Source of the DNA: Promethearchaeota archaeon
GTDB taxonomy: Archaea > Asgardarchaeota > Lokiarchaeia > Sigyniarchaeales > SOKP01
Assembly (NCBI GenBank): GCA_029838195.1
Contig: JALGVJ010000004.1
Span: 160,001-224,000 of the forward strand
Direction of reading: 5' to 3'
Length of the DNA stretch: 64,000 nucleotides
Shown here: piece by piece, positions 10,310 through 19,265 of the stretch
How positions within the stretch are numbered: position 1 is the stretch's first letter
Layout: each line of letters begins with the position of its first letter
Position numbers and translations under genes: made by a program
Notes under the pieces: model-generated
What the model was told of the DNA's origin: nothing
Database searches by the model: none
The model's input: only the letters and a program-made list of their open reading frames with translations

Positions 10310-11504
10310 ATCTTCCTTTAAATATTTCTCTACGGATTTCGTGAGAAAATTATCTTTTCCGCGTCTTGCCGGCTCTGATGGGGAACAAAAAGCTCAAGAA
10401 CTTATTGAGTCAGAATTGAAGCGTCTCGGTATTGATGCTTTTGAAAAGGAACCTTTTAACTACACTACTTTTTTTATGAACGTATTATTACGATTTTATA
10501 ATCCCCTTATTGGACTTCTGATGATCTTCATTTACTTATCACTTCATTTTAAATTTCATGGATTGACTATCGTGTTAACCATTTTATTATTTATTTTATC
10601 GTGGTTTGGGAGGCAAATTAGGGAAAAAATCCAATTTACGTTTAGGAAAATAGGAAAGCTGAAGACATCATTTAATTATATCATTAAATTGCAAGCTAAT
10701 AAGGAGGAGGAAAAAAATAAGAAGAATATAGTGCTTTTTGCCCATTATGATTCCATTAGTCATGAATTTCATCCTTTATTCGCAGGCGCAATTTATCTTT
10801 TTTCACTTTTGGGGGGCTCAATTTTTTCAGTCCATGTCATTATCGTTTTATTTTTATTTTATTTCAATTTTGTTTCAGACCTTATTTTAATCCAATTTAT
10901 CTATAGTTTTTTCCTTGCGGGGTTCTATGGGATTCAATTATTTAATCGACGCCATAATAAATCGTCAGGAACTGCTGATAATGCTACCGGCGTGGCATGT
11001 GCCCTATATTTAGCGGATTATTTTAACAAAAATAGATTAAAATACTTGAATTTAATAATCGTGCTCACCGGAGCCGAAGAAATGGGAGATTACGGCGCGT
11101 ATAGCTTCATTAAAACGCATTGTAAAGAATTTGAAAAAACCAATTCATTTTTTCTAATTTTTGATACCTTAGGCTCAAAAAAACAAATGAATTTTTATGC
11201 TTGGTCGCAGGGCTTGCTCCCACGACACGTGTTCTCTCCCACATTGAATAAACACCTCCAAGAGTTTTTAGAAAAAAAGGGTGTTAATAAGTATAAAATA
11301 AAACCGTTTGCCATTCCTCCCTTCATTCATTATTCCACGGATCACGCCCCTTTAAAACCTCTTAGATACGAATTCCTTGTATTTTTCTCTAATGCTCCGA
11401 TTCATTCTTCTCGTGATAATCTTCAAAATTATTCTCCTGAAATGCTTGAAGATTTTAATAGATTCATGACGGATTTTATACTTCATTTAGATGAAAAACT
11501 ATAA
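10302..11504 (+). CDS. Membrane-embedded M28 family metallopeptidase
   Basis: RLAGSDGE, AHYDS, GTADNATGVA, GAEEMG, FDTLG, STDH, HSSRD, plus four TM segments; 8-bp overlap with the GTPase gene. Confidence 0.85.
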   Translation: MLESSFKYFSTDFVRKLSFPRLAGSDGEQKAQELIESELKRLGIDAFEKEPFNYTTFFMNVLLRFYNPLIGLLMIFIYLSLHFKFHGLTIVLTILLFILSWFGRQIREKIQFTFRKIGKLKTSFNYIIKLQANKEEEKNKKNIVLFAHYDSISHEFHPLFAGAIYLFSLLGGSIFSVHVIIVLFLFYFNFVSDLILIQFIYSFFLAGFYGIQLFNRRHNKSSGTADNATGVACALYLADYFNKNRLKYLNLIIVLTGAEEMGDYGAYSFIKTHCKEFEKTNSFFLIFDTLGSKKQMNFYAWSQGLLPRHVFSPTLNKHLQEFLEKKGVNKYKIKPFAIPPFIHYSTDHAPLKPLRYEFLVFFSNAPIHSSRDNLQNYSPEMLEDFNRFMTDFILHLDEKL

Positions 11505-11510
11505 AAAAAA

Positions 11511-11823
11511 TATGAGGTAGCAAATTAATCTCATCTCCGGCCAAATTGCGGCCCCGCCTTTTTTTATTTTTTGTCGAACATGCTTATTCACATCCACGTC
11601 AAATTCCTTGTATTGCTTGCTTCTTGCCCGACCAATAGCGCTTATTTCCCGCATGGTAGCGCTTAATTGCTTATGCCGGCTCGTCCCGTTCACAATTTTT
11701 CGATTCATTAATATATAATGGATCGTCATGTCTTTCAACTTTCTGGTAGTTCAACTTTCTGGTGGTTTTGTCGTCAATCTTAGAGCTGGAGCGTGGTAAC
11801 TGAGATTAATTTGCTACCTCATA
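11511..11823. mobile_element. MITE / non-autonomous IS derivative with perfect 23-bp terminal inverted repeats
   Basis: TATGAGGTAGCAAATTAATCTCA (11511-11533) is the exact reverse complement of TGAGATTAATTTGCTACCTCATA (11801-11823); inserted in an A tract; interior more GC-rich than the flanks. Confidence 0.85.
11734..11763 (+). repeat. Tandem 14-bp direct repeat inside the MITE
   Basis: TTCAACTTTCTGGT at 11734-11747 and 11750-11763. Confidence 0.9.
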
Positions 11824-11864
11824 AAAAAAAAATCGAAAAAGAAAAAGAAAATAAGGAATTTCGT

Positions 11865-12806
11865 TTATTCCTTTAAAAGGTCTAAAATTTCTTCTTTTGT
11901 TAATTCTAAATATTTCGCTTTTATTAATGAGTCACCAATTAAAGTTTTAAAATTCTTCTTGCGTTTTTTATTTATGAATTTCTTCATTTCCGTTAAGTCC
12001 GGGTTATCGTTGGTAATTTCAAGCAATTTCTTCTTGACCGCCCCATCCACCACCTTTTGTCCTACTTCCGTTCGAATGATTAACATGGCTTCTCCTTTTG
12101 GAGCACCCCACGGTGAATAAGAAATGTCGGAAAATTCTCCCGAAAAATCCGTGCAATATTTGCACGCTGTCATGCCTCCAGAAGAACAAGCATATGCAAT
12201 CTTTAGAGAAAGCGTTTCCCTAATGCCAGTATTAAAATCTGAATTGTAAATTTTAGCAATCCCTCGAATATGACACGGATTTCCAACAAATCCCACTTGC
12301 TTTTTCCTCTCAAGATAAGCTTTCCCAATTCCCGTCACGAGAGGCCCCGCATTATCCATGGTTTTATCAGGAATGTATTTTTTAGCAGTTTCAGCATCAT
12401 CAACAACGACCGGATACGCAACAGGTGGTTTCTTGCTTTTTGGTTCCGTAAGTACCATATGTTTTACAATACCCTCTTCAAAAGCTGCTTTAACAAGATT
12501 ATACAAGATAGAATCCTTATTCTTTGATTTAACTTGTATGATATTTTTATAAACTCCAACGGCAAGGTCCTTTCTTGTTTCTCCAAAAATTCCTGTTTCT
12601 ATTTTGTTAATAGGGAAAAATGTTCTGGGGCATGAGTTATAGCATAAGCCTACTGTTTCTGCACACTCATCAACCACGAATGCTTCCCCCGTTTCCTTAT
12701 TGAAATCCATGTGGGGACAAAATGCATTGCAAGAGCCACAATGAATGCACAATCCCGCATATATTACTTCATTTTCAAGGTCTTGACTTGATTTTTCTAC
12801 TTTCAT
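11865..12806 (-). CDS. FrhB/FdhB-family (F420 hydrogenase/dehydrogenase beta-like) Fe-S protein, compact/divergent
   Basis: N-terminal ferredoxin CIHCGSCNAFCP and CYNSCP, VGNPCHIRGI, ACKYCTDFSGEFSDIS, IIRTEVG. Confidence 0.82.
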   Translation of the reverse strand: MKVEKSSQDLENEVIYAGLCIHCGSCNAFCPHMDFNKETGEAFVVDECAETVGLCYNSCPRTFFPINKIETGIFGETRKDLAVGVYKNIIQVKSKNKDSILYNLVKAAFEEGIVKHMVLTEPKSKKPPVAYPVVVDDAETAKKYIPDKTMDNAGPLVTGIGKAYLERKKQVGFVGNPCHIRGIAKIYNSDFNTGIRETLSLKIAYACSSGGMTACKYCTDFSGEFSDISYSPWGAPKGEAMLIIRTEVGQKVVDGAVKKKLLEITNDNPDLTEMKKFINKKRKKNFKTLIGDSLIKAKYLELTKEEILDLLKE

Positions 12807-12912
12807 CTATTTTTACCTATAAAATAATGTTAAATAAGTATAATGAGATAAAAGAAGCTTCAAATAAAAAGTTTGAAATTTCAAACTATGCGAAGAAGTA
12901 TTATATCTTTTT

Positions 12913-13194
12913 TTATTCCAAAAAACGTGAACAAGTATCTTTTATGGGCTTAATAACGTGTTCTCTATCTTTCCACGCCACCCAACTATTTCCTAATTTT
13001 TCAAAATGAAAGCCACAGTAATTTTCTTGCTTTAATTTTTCCAGTATTTTTTTTACATAAGTCCAAGAGAGATTAGTTTTTGACACGACTTCAGCAATAT
13101 CGATGGGCCTATTCATTTCTAATTCATTATTCAAGAAATCCAAGATTTTTTCGAATCCTGTTTTGGGAGAAGAGGCATTTGAGTTAGAAGAAAT
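12913..13194 (-). CDS. Small winged-helix-like DNA-binding protein; inferred ATT start at 13194
   Basis: IDIAEVVSKTNLSWTYVKKILEKL HTH followed by beta-hairpin FHFEKLGNSWVAW; AGGTGA 7 nt before ATT TCT TCT AAC (ORF track uses TTG 13143). Confidence 0.7.
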   Translation of the reverse strand: MSSNSNASSPKTGFEKILDFLNNELEMNRPIDIAEVVSKTNLSWTYVKKILEKLKQENYCGFHFEKLGNSWVAWKDREHVIKPIKDTCSRFLE

Positions 13195-13430
13195 TTTCTT
13201 TTCACCTTATTTTTTATTGCCGGTATTGTATTAAATTAGGAAGGGAGGCATTTTTTCTCCAAAATTAAATTTTTTCCATGAACAATAATGCATTATTGAA
13301 AATAAATTCATGAATTATAAACGAGAGATTAAACATTAATAATAAAATTTTAATGGAGAGATTATTTTAAAAGGAATTAAATTTAATTCAAAAAAAGATT
13401 TACATCAATCGGTCATTTAAAATTAGAAAA

Positions 13431-14693
13431 ATGGTTTTTAATAAATTGAGAGAAATTTCGGGAACGTTTTTTCAAGACGGAATGAATAAAGAAATATTTC
13501 TGGAATTAACGCCTGCTTTATTTTTTCTCGTGAACCATGTTGAGAGAGAGGGAGATTTTGAAGAGCGCGTTGAAAATCTGAACATGTCATGGATATCTAA
13601 CGAAAAATTATTCGATCTATTGGAATATCTATTAATTTCTGATAAATCACCTTCAATAAGAAGGGGCGCTGCGTTATGTTTGTTGCATTTATATCCGAAA
13701 AAATGTTCCAAGCCTATAATTTGGGCCATTCAACATGAAAGGTCAATAATCATCTTAAAAACCTTGCACGATTTTATTTTCTCTCACGATACATCAGAAA
13801 TGAAGGTTTTACGTTTTTTTTTAAATAAAAGATTAGAACACCTATATAAAATAGTTCCAGAAGAAGCCGGTGTCTTGTTGGAATTAGGCGCAATTAAAGT
13901 TAGGAAAAATATCGTACATGATTATAAAATTATTATTGAAAAAAAGCATGTCATCACGTTAGAGCTTCCCGGCTGGCATTTAAAGAAGCTACCACGGTGC
14001 ATTGGTAATCTTAAAAGATTAAAATTGCTGAATCTTTGGGATAATAATTTGACTCATTTACCTTCCACCTTTAGGAAGCTTACAGCTCTTCAATCGTTAT
14101 ATTTAGATTGGAATCATTTTTCAAAACTTCCCTACGTTCTTTCCCACATGAAATCCTTGAAAAAGATTAGTCTCACGAATAACAACAGGCTAAAAAAACT
14201 TCCAGATTCCATGCTAAAACTTTCAAGAAAAGTCACCGCCCCTCATTATGAGTTTGAAAACGTCCATTCGGAAGATGCTACTATTTTAGGCTTGTTAGAA
14301 ATCATTATAGGGCAGAAATTGAAACAATTACAAGAAAATGGGCCCCTTTCAAAAACGTGTGCTTGTCATTATAAAATAAATCAAGATGGACGAGTTATTG
14401 GAATTTACATCTATGGGTATTATTTTTTCCAAATTTCCTTTTTTCCGGAACAAATAAGTAAATTAAAATATTTAGAAGAGTTGAGTATTCGGGACCAGAA
14501 TATCAATTCCATTCCAAATTCAATTGAGCAATTATTGCATTTAAAAAAATTAGATTTAATGAATAATCAATTTAATGAGATTCCTGATGTTTTACTGAGA
14601 TTAAAATCTTTGAAACTAGTTGATTTAAGTTATAATCAAATTAACCAAATTCCTCCTCGTTTCTTGAGAAAGAAAATGGAAATTTGGGTATAA
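13431..14693 (+). CDS. Leucine-rich repeat protein with N-terminal HEAT-like segment
   Basis: Repeated LxxLxLxxNxLxxLP units (LKLLNLWDNNLTHLP, LQSLYLDWNHFSKLP, LKKLDLMNNQFNEIP); SDKSPSIRRGAA HEAT-like. Confidence 0.88.
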   Translation: MVFNKLREISGTFFQDGMNKEIFLELTPALFFLVNHVEREGDFEERVENLNMSWISNEKLFDLLEYLLISDKSPSIRRGAALCLLHLYPKKCSKPIIWAIQHERSIIILKTLHDFIFSHDTSEMKVLRFFLNKRLEHLYKIVPEEAGVLLELGAIKVRKNIVHDYKIIIEKKHVITLELPGWHLKKLPRCIGNLKRLKLLNLWDNNLTHLPSTFRKLTALQSLYLDWNHFSKLPYVLSHMKSLKKISLTNNNRLKKLPDSMLKLSRKVTAPHYEFENVHSEDATILGLLEIIIGQKLKQLQENGPLSKTCACHYKINQDGRVIGIYIYGYYFFQISFFPEQISKLKYLEELSIRDQNINSIPNSIEQLLHLKKLDLMNNQFNEIPDVLLRLKSLKLVDLSYNQINQIPPRFLRKKMEIWV

Positions 14694-14707
14694 AATTCTG
14701 ATTAAGC

Positions 14708-15892
14708 CTATTTCATGTTCTTAAACTTACCCGTTCGCATTAATTCACAGGGCAAAAAGTATGATTTTCCTGATTCTTCTACAAAATCTTCTAATTTTTT
14801 GCACCATTTTTCATAATTTCTTTTTCCGGGGCCAAAAGGACCGGGAATATCGAACGCTGCTAAAATTGCTTCATCAATTTCCTTATAACTCTTAACTACG
14901 CCCTCTTCTAAAAGGCGGCATGCTTCATTTAATTGTAATGCCATGTATAAATCTACATCAAACAAGTTAGCTTTTTCCGAGGATTTCCTTTTTAACTTAC
15001 CATCTTCCGTCCATTCACATATTCCCTTGCCCGTTTTACGCCCCAAATTGCCCTCTTTCACTAATTTTTGCAATACTCTTCCCGGAGCAAAATCCGGTGA
15101 AAGTGTTTTTTCAAAATATTTTAAAGTATCCATTTGTATATCCAATCCTAAATAATCCCATTTTGCACAAGGTCCCATTTGGTGCATGTACGCAAAATCA
15201 GCATCAATATTTTCAAGTGGAATACCACGATCCATTGCTTTATCAAGAAGCCAACTAATATACACGCTGGTCGGTATCATGACCCGATTTACAATGAATC
15301 CAGGGCTCTCTTTTTCAATTCTAACGCATTTTCTTTTACCTTTTAAGGAAGGAAATCTTTCACCCACGGCAATGGCAATTTCCATGGTTTCTTCAGATGT
15401 TTTTCCCTTGATTATTTCGATTAAGCGGAGTAATGGAACAGGGATAAAAAAATGCATGCCAACTACTTTATCGGGACGATTGCATTTTTCTGCTATTTTA
15501 GTTATGCTCATGGTGGATGTATTCGTCGCTAATATGGAATGAGAAGGAGATAGATGCCCTAATTTTTCAAATAATTCTTGTTTTAATTCTAGTTTTTCTG
15601 GAATGGCTTCTATGATGAAATCTGCTTCCGCCACGGCTTCTTTTAAATCCAAATTTAAATTCAATTTTTTCATCAAAAGAGCTGTTGTAAAATTAGAGGG
15701 CAATTTTCCCTTTTGTTCAATTTTCGAGAGCCCTTTATTAATATAATCCCGTGCATTATTCAATATCTCGGAAGAAATATCAATCATATTAACTTTTTCA
15801 AAACCCGCCATGAGTGCAACTTCCGTTATTTCTCTCCCCATGGTTCCAGCTCCAACCACGGCGATTTGTTTAACATGAGATATATCAACCAT
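14708..15892 (-). CDS. 3-hydroxyacyl-CoA dehydrogenase (NAD-binding) with duplicated C-terminal domain
   Basis: VVGAGTMG, IIEAIPEKLELK, ATNTSTMSI, GMHFF, PGFIVNR, LGRKTGKG; start at ATG 15892 preferred over TTG 15913. Confidence 0.92.
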   Translation of the reverse strand: MVDISHVKQIAVVGAGTMGREITEVALMAGFEKVNMIDISSEILNNARDYINKGLSKIEQKGKLPSNFTTALLMKKLNLNLDLKEAVAEADFIIEAIPEKLELKQELFEKLGHLSPSHSILATNTSTMSITKIAEKCNRPDKVVGMHFFIPVPLLRLIEIIKGKTSEETMEIAIAVGERFPSLKGKRKCVRIEKESPGFIVNRVMIPTSVYISWLLDKAMDRGIPLENIDADFAYMHQMGPCAKWDYLGLDIQMDTLKYFEKTLSPDFAPGRVLQKLVKEGNLGRKTGKGICEWTEDGKLKRKSSEKANLFDVDLYMALQLNEACRLLEEGVVKSYKEIDEAILAAFDIPGPFGPGKRNYEKWCKKLEDFVEESGKSYFLPCELMRTGKFKNMK

Positions 15893-15973
15893 TGTTCTTA
15901 CACTTGATTGCAATTTTCTTTAAATTCATGTATAAAAAACGTAAATTAAATAAAAAATTTAATATTACCATTA

Positions 15974-16184
15974 GAGTGCGGGAAAGTACGCACTCTTTAG
16001 GAGGAGGATGATTCGCCCGTGGATTTAAATACTCACAATCCAATAATGATTATTAAGAAGATAGCCCCCAGCTTCTCTAACCGTAGAAACGAGATGGTTA
16101 ACGTTTGGAAAGAATGTAAAACTGACACTCGTCAGCAATTCTCGATGAGTTACGAATCTTACGCCTTTAGGTGAGAGTCGTTCA
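15974..16184 (+). mobile_element. Non-autonomous IS200/IS605 (IS1341-like) derivative: left end joined to TnpB C-terminal remnant and omega-RNA-like right end
   Basis: Left-end-like GAGTGCGGGAAAGTACGCACTCTTTAGGAGGAGGATGA; right-end-like GAATCTTACGCCTTTAGGTGAGAGTCGTTCA ending in TTCA, both with CTTTAG; internal hairpins; IKKIA and TVETRWLTFGKNVKL reminiscent of TnpB tails. Confidence 0.65.
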
Positions 16185-16198
16185 ATTCTTGACAGAGT

Positions 16199-17233
16199 TC
16201 ATGTTAAAAACAATTGAAAGATATTCCAAGAGATTACCATGGTTAAAATTCCCAGAAAAATGGAGATAGGGAGTCCGGGTAAAATCTTGTTTCGTTTTAA
16301 TCCTGTAATCGTGATCCCCGTCCCGATGATGATAGCAATAGCAGTTAAAATCATTACAATTATATTCTCCGTCTGTATCAAGGCTGCAGATGTTAGCATG
16401 CTGTAAAAAGTTAAATCTCCGATTCCAATCTCTAATTGCGAAGTATCATATTCCAATTCACCTTCTTGTATTTTTTCTTCGATTGCTTCCCTTGCCATCT
16501 CTCGATCAGAATATTCTTCCGAGATATAATCAATCATTCTTCGAATAGGTCCTCTTTTTGCCTTGACTGCATAAATATCCCACAGGGAGATCCCTATTAA
16601 TATGGCTAAAGTTGTCCAAAGAGGCATGATCACTCCAAGAAGTGCGCCGGTCATTAACCCTATATATAAAACTAAGAAATTTCTGAAATGATAGGATTCA
16701 GCCGTGAAATATTTGTATAATATGAACAGAGTGAAAAAAGATATACAAGCAAGAAGGATGTAGTATAAAATAACATAAAGAAGAAGGTTGAATTCAGTAT
16801 ATTCTACATTGTAAAACCCTAAAAAAAGAAGAATTTCAACATAAAATAAGGTTAAAAAGAAACACAGGAATCCAAAACTAATCCCAAACACGTATTTTAA
16901 CACGTTAATGCCCCTCTTTTTAATTAAAAAGATAATTGTAAAAGAAGACACGGCGGCAATTGCAGTAAAAATAATGCCATTTAAAAGTCCAGCGGTTGGA
17001 CCATATTCTTCTTCTGAAATATATCCTCCGTCAATTTGAATTCCGGCCTCTACATAAGTAATATAAGCTAAAATTCCCGCACAAATTACAACAATAATAA
17101 TAGGAATTGGATATAATTCTCGCTTTACTCTATATGTAGGAAAATAATTTGGTATGTTGCTTTTCTTTATCTTTTCTTGAGATTGTTCTCTTATTGAAGG
17201 AGAAGAGTTAGAATTATCGGGGGTTTGAGACAT
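16199..17233 (-). CDS. Presenilin-family intramembrane aspartyl protease (peptidase A22)
   Basis: WTTLAILIGISLWDIYAV (first Asp), RGPIRRMI, IGIGDLTFYSML (GxGD), LPGLPISI (PAL motif); about nine TM helices. Confidence 0.92.
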   Translation of the reverse strand: MSQTPDNSNSSPSIREQSQEKIKKSNIPNYFPTYRVKRELYPIPIIIVVICAGILAYITYVEAGIQIDGGYISEEEYGPTAGLLNGIIFTAIAAVSSFTIIFLIKKRGINVLKYVFGISFGFLCFFLTLFYVEILLFLGFYNVEYTEFNLLLYVILYYILLACISFFTLFILYKYFTAESYHFRNFLVLYIGLMTGALLGVIMPLWTTLAILIGISLWDIYAVKAKRGPIRRMIDYISEEYSDREMAREAIEEKIQEGELEYDTSQLEIGIGDLTFYSMLTSAALIQTENIIVMILTAIAIIIGTGITITGLKRNKILPGLPISIFLGILTMVISWNIFQLFLT

Positions 17234-17346
17234 TCGGAAAATGTGAGTTTTAATGATACTAATTATTCTTTCATTTAAAAAATTATCATGGATAAATTTT
17301 TGGGTAAAATATATATAATTGGAAAAAAAATTAAAGAATAAGACTT

Positions 17347-18273
17347 TTATTCCTCGGAAGCTTCTGATGTGGCCGTGAGAGGGGCATCAATCACTACTAA
17401 GCTGCTTTTTTTCCAAGTTTTCAATGAGATCATCCCAATTATTAGCAATAATATTGGATATATTATAACTTCTAATAGGGAGGGATTCGCATTATATCCG
17501 AGCAATGTTTTCATCAAGGAACCTACAATCTCAAGCCAGGCGGGAGTAGTAGCGAGGTCATCTGGAAAATTTTCGGGTAAAACATGTTTAATATTATAGA
17601 GTTCTTCTACAATGGGGTTAATCAAATTTGCTTCAATTAATTCGTGAAGTCCATACGTGATTAACCCTGCTGCAAAGAAAATCAAAACGATATTAGTAAT
17701 TTTAAAAAAATTTGCTAAGGATAGCGTTTTTACCCTATAAAAAATTAAAATTCCCAAGATAAGAGCCCCGCCAATGCCAACTACTGATCCCAGAATGATG
17801 CTTTCAGGCTCTAAAGACTCCACCGCTGCGTTTCCTGTTAACATTAGAACTAATTCAATGCCTTCTCGAATGATAATGGTGAAAGTCAAAAAGGATATTG
17901 AAATGTATTTTTCTTTTTTGATTGATAATTTTACCTTTTGTTCTAATGTTTTTTTTAACTTAGGACCTTCCTTACTCATCCATAAGATCAATGTAATAAT
18001 GAAGATTCCTGAAAGGATAAAGGTAATTCCCTCAAAAATTTTTTCTAAAATTCCAGAAAATCCTCCTAAAAAGGCCTTAAAAGCCAAAGCAAATCCAACA
18101 CTTGAAATTATTGCTAAAATGCTTCCACCATATACATATTTATAATAATATTGTTGTTGCGTGTTTTTTAGATATAATAACAGAATAACAACGACAAGAA
18201 CGGCCTCTAAGCCTTCTCGAAAACTTAAAAAAATTGGAACCAAAATATCCACGATTGTTACTATTTTTTTCAC
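17347..18273 (-). CDS. FTR1/EfeU-family iron permease
   Basis: Two RExxE motifs (REGLE, REGIE), EKIFEG, FAAGL, HELIE, LLGYNANPS; true start may be ATA 18264 because the GTG at 18273 lies within AGGTGA. Confidence 0.92.
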   Translation of the reverse strand: MKKIVTIVDILVPIFLSFREGLEAVLVVVILLLYLKNTQQQYYYKYVYGGSILAIISSVGFALAFKAFLGGFSGILEKIFEGITFILSGIFIITLILWMSKEGPKLKKTLEQKVKLSIKKEKYISISFLTFTIIIREGIELVLMLTGNAAVESLEPESIILGSVVGIGGALILGILIFYRVKTLSLANFFKITNIVLIFFAAGLITYGLHELIEANLINPIVEELYNIKHVLPENFPDDLATTPAWLEIVGSLMKTLLGYNANPSLLEVIIYPILLLIIGMISLKTWKKSSLVVIDAPLTATSEASEE

Positions 18274-18311
18274 CTATATTTTTAATTATTTTCGTGTTAA
18301 AAAAATAATTT

Positions 18312-18325
18312 TTAGTCATGCCTAA
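18312..18325. promoter_or_regulatory. Putative DtxR/IdeR/MntR-type metal-repressor operator upstream of the iron permease
   Basis: TTAGTCATGCCTAA, a 12/14 palindrome about 40 bp upstream of the FTR1 start and downstream of a TTTAAA TATA-like element on the minus strand. Confidence 0.55.
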
Positions 18326-18460
18326 TTATGAAAAAAATATTAATTTAAAAAACTTAAGGTTTATTTTTTATTAATCTCTTTTTATTCATGAAGTATTTTT
18401 TAAAACCCATCATTTAATATACATGAATTAAAGCAATCTCTAAATCGGTTTATCAAATTA

Positions 18461-19246
18461 ATGCCATCTAAATATAAGTATATAGAGAAAAAAATAAGAA
18501 AATACCGTAAAAATTTTTCAAACATAAAATTTAAAGAGAAGCTAATGAATTATGTTTATAAAATAGGAATATACAGTTCAAAAGATTTTGAATTAAAGGA
18601 AGATCTTGTAAGAAGAAAAATAATATTTCCTTGTCGTCTTGGAATCTTATTTTGTGAAACCGGACTTGCAGAGTCGTTTTTTGAGGAACTTTCAAATAAA
18701 TTGAATAATGTTTTTGACTCTTTCTTTTTTACCATTCAAAATTTAGGGCGTTATACCTTTTCAGATCACATGTTAAAAAAAGCAGTTAAGAATGCAAATA
18801 AAAAGGGAAAAGATTTCGCGGAAAAAAATTATAACCTACACTCGACTAATAAATTTTATACTATCCTGATTCAAGAACGGGTAAAACATGATTTGGATAT
18901 GATTGCAGCAATTACTGATTTACCGCTTTTCTCTTCTCATGATGATACTATTTTATTTTTATTCGGGGAGGCTCATTTAAAACATGCTTGTTGCATTATT
19001 TCTACTTTAAAATTAAAAGAAAGTTTTTATAATCGAAAAGAGAATCAGCGGTTGTTAGAACAAAGAATTATAAAAGAAGTTATCCATGAGATCGGGCATT
19101 TTTTTCTCGGACACGAACATTGCGTTGATCAATCGTGTGTCTTCTGCTTTTCAAATAACTTGGAAGATATTGATAATAAAGCCATTCATTTTTGCAATTC
19201 TTGCCAGCAAAAATTTGAGGATTTGAAAACAAAATTTAATATATGA
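18461..19246 (+). CDS. Archaemetzincin-family zinc metalloprotease (M54)
   Basis: FLFGEA, KEVIHEIGHFFLGHEHC, CVFCFSNNLEDID, FCNSC; real start may be ATG 18545. Confidence 0.88.
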   Translation: MPSKYKYIEKKIRKYRKNFSNIKFKEKLMNYVYKIGIYSSKDFELKEDLVRRKIIFPCRLGILFCETGLAESFFEELSNKLNNVFDSFFFTIQNLGRYTFSDHMLKKAVKNANKKGKDFAEKNYNLHSTNKFYTILIQERVKHDLDMIAAITDLPLFSSHDDTILFLFGEAHLKHACCIISTLKLKESFYNRKENQRLLEQRIIKEVIHEIGHFFLGHEHCVDQSCVFCFSNNLEDIDNKAIHFCNSCQQKFEDLKTKFNI

Positions 19247-19265
19247 AGGTTGCAAAGAGATTTTT

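Noticed and set aside
11499-11738. 79-aa ORF as an independent gene
   Set aside because: Lies within the MITE and crosses its inverted repeat; at most a transposase remnant
10302-17233. M28 peptidase near presenilin as a nicastrin-presenilin (proto gamma-secretase) pair
   Set aside because: Opposite strands, separated by unrelated genes, and the M28 protein keeps its catalytic residues and a multi-TM topology unlike nicastrin
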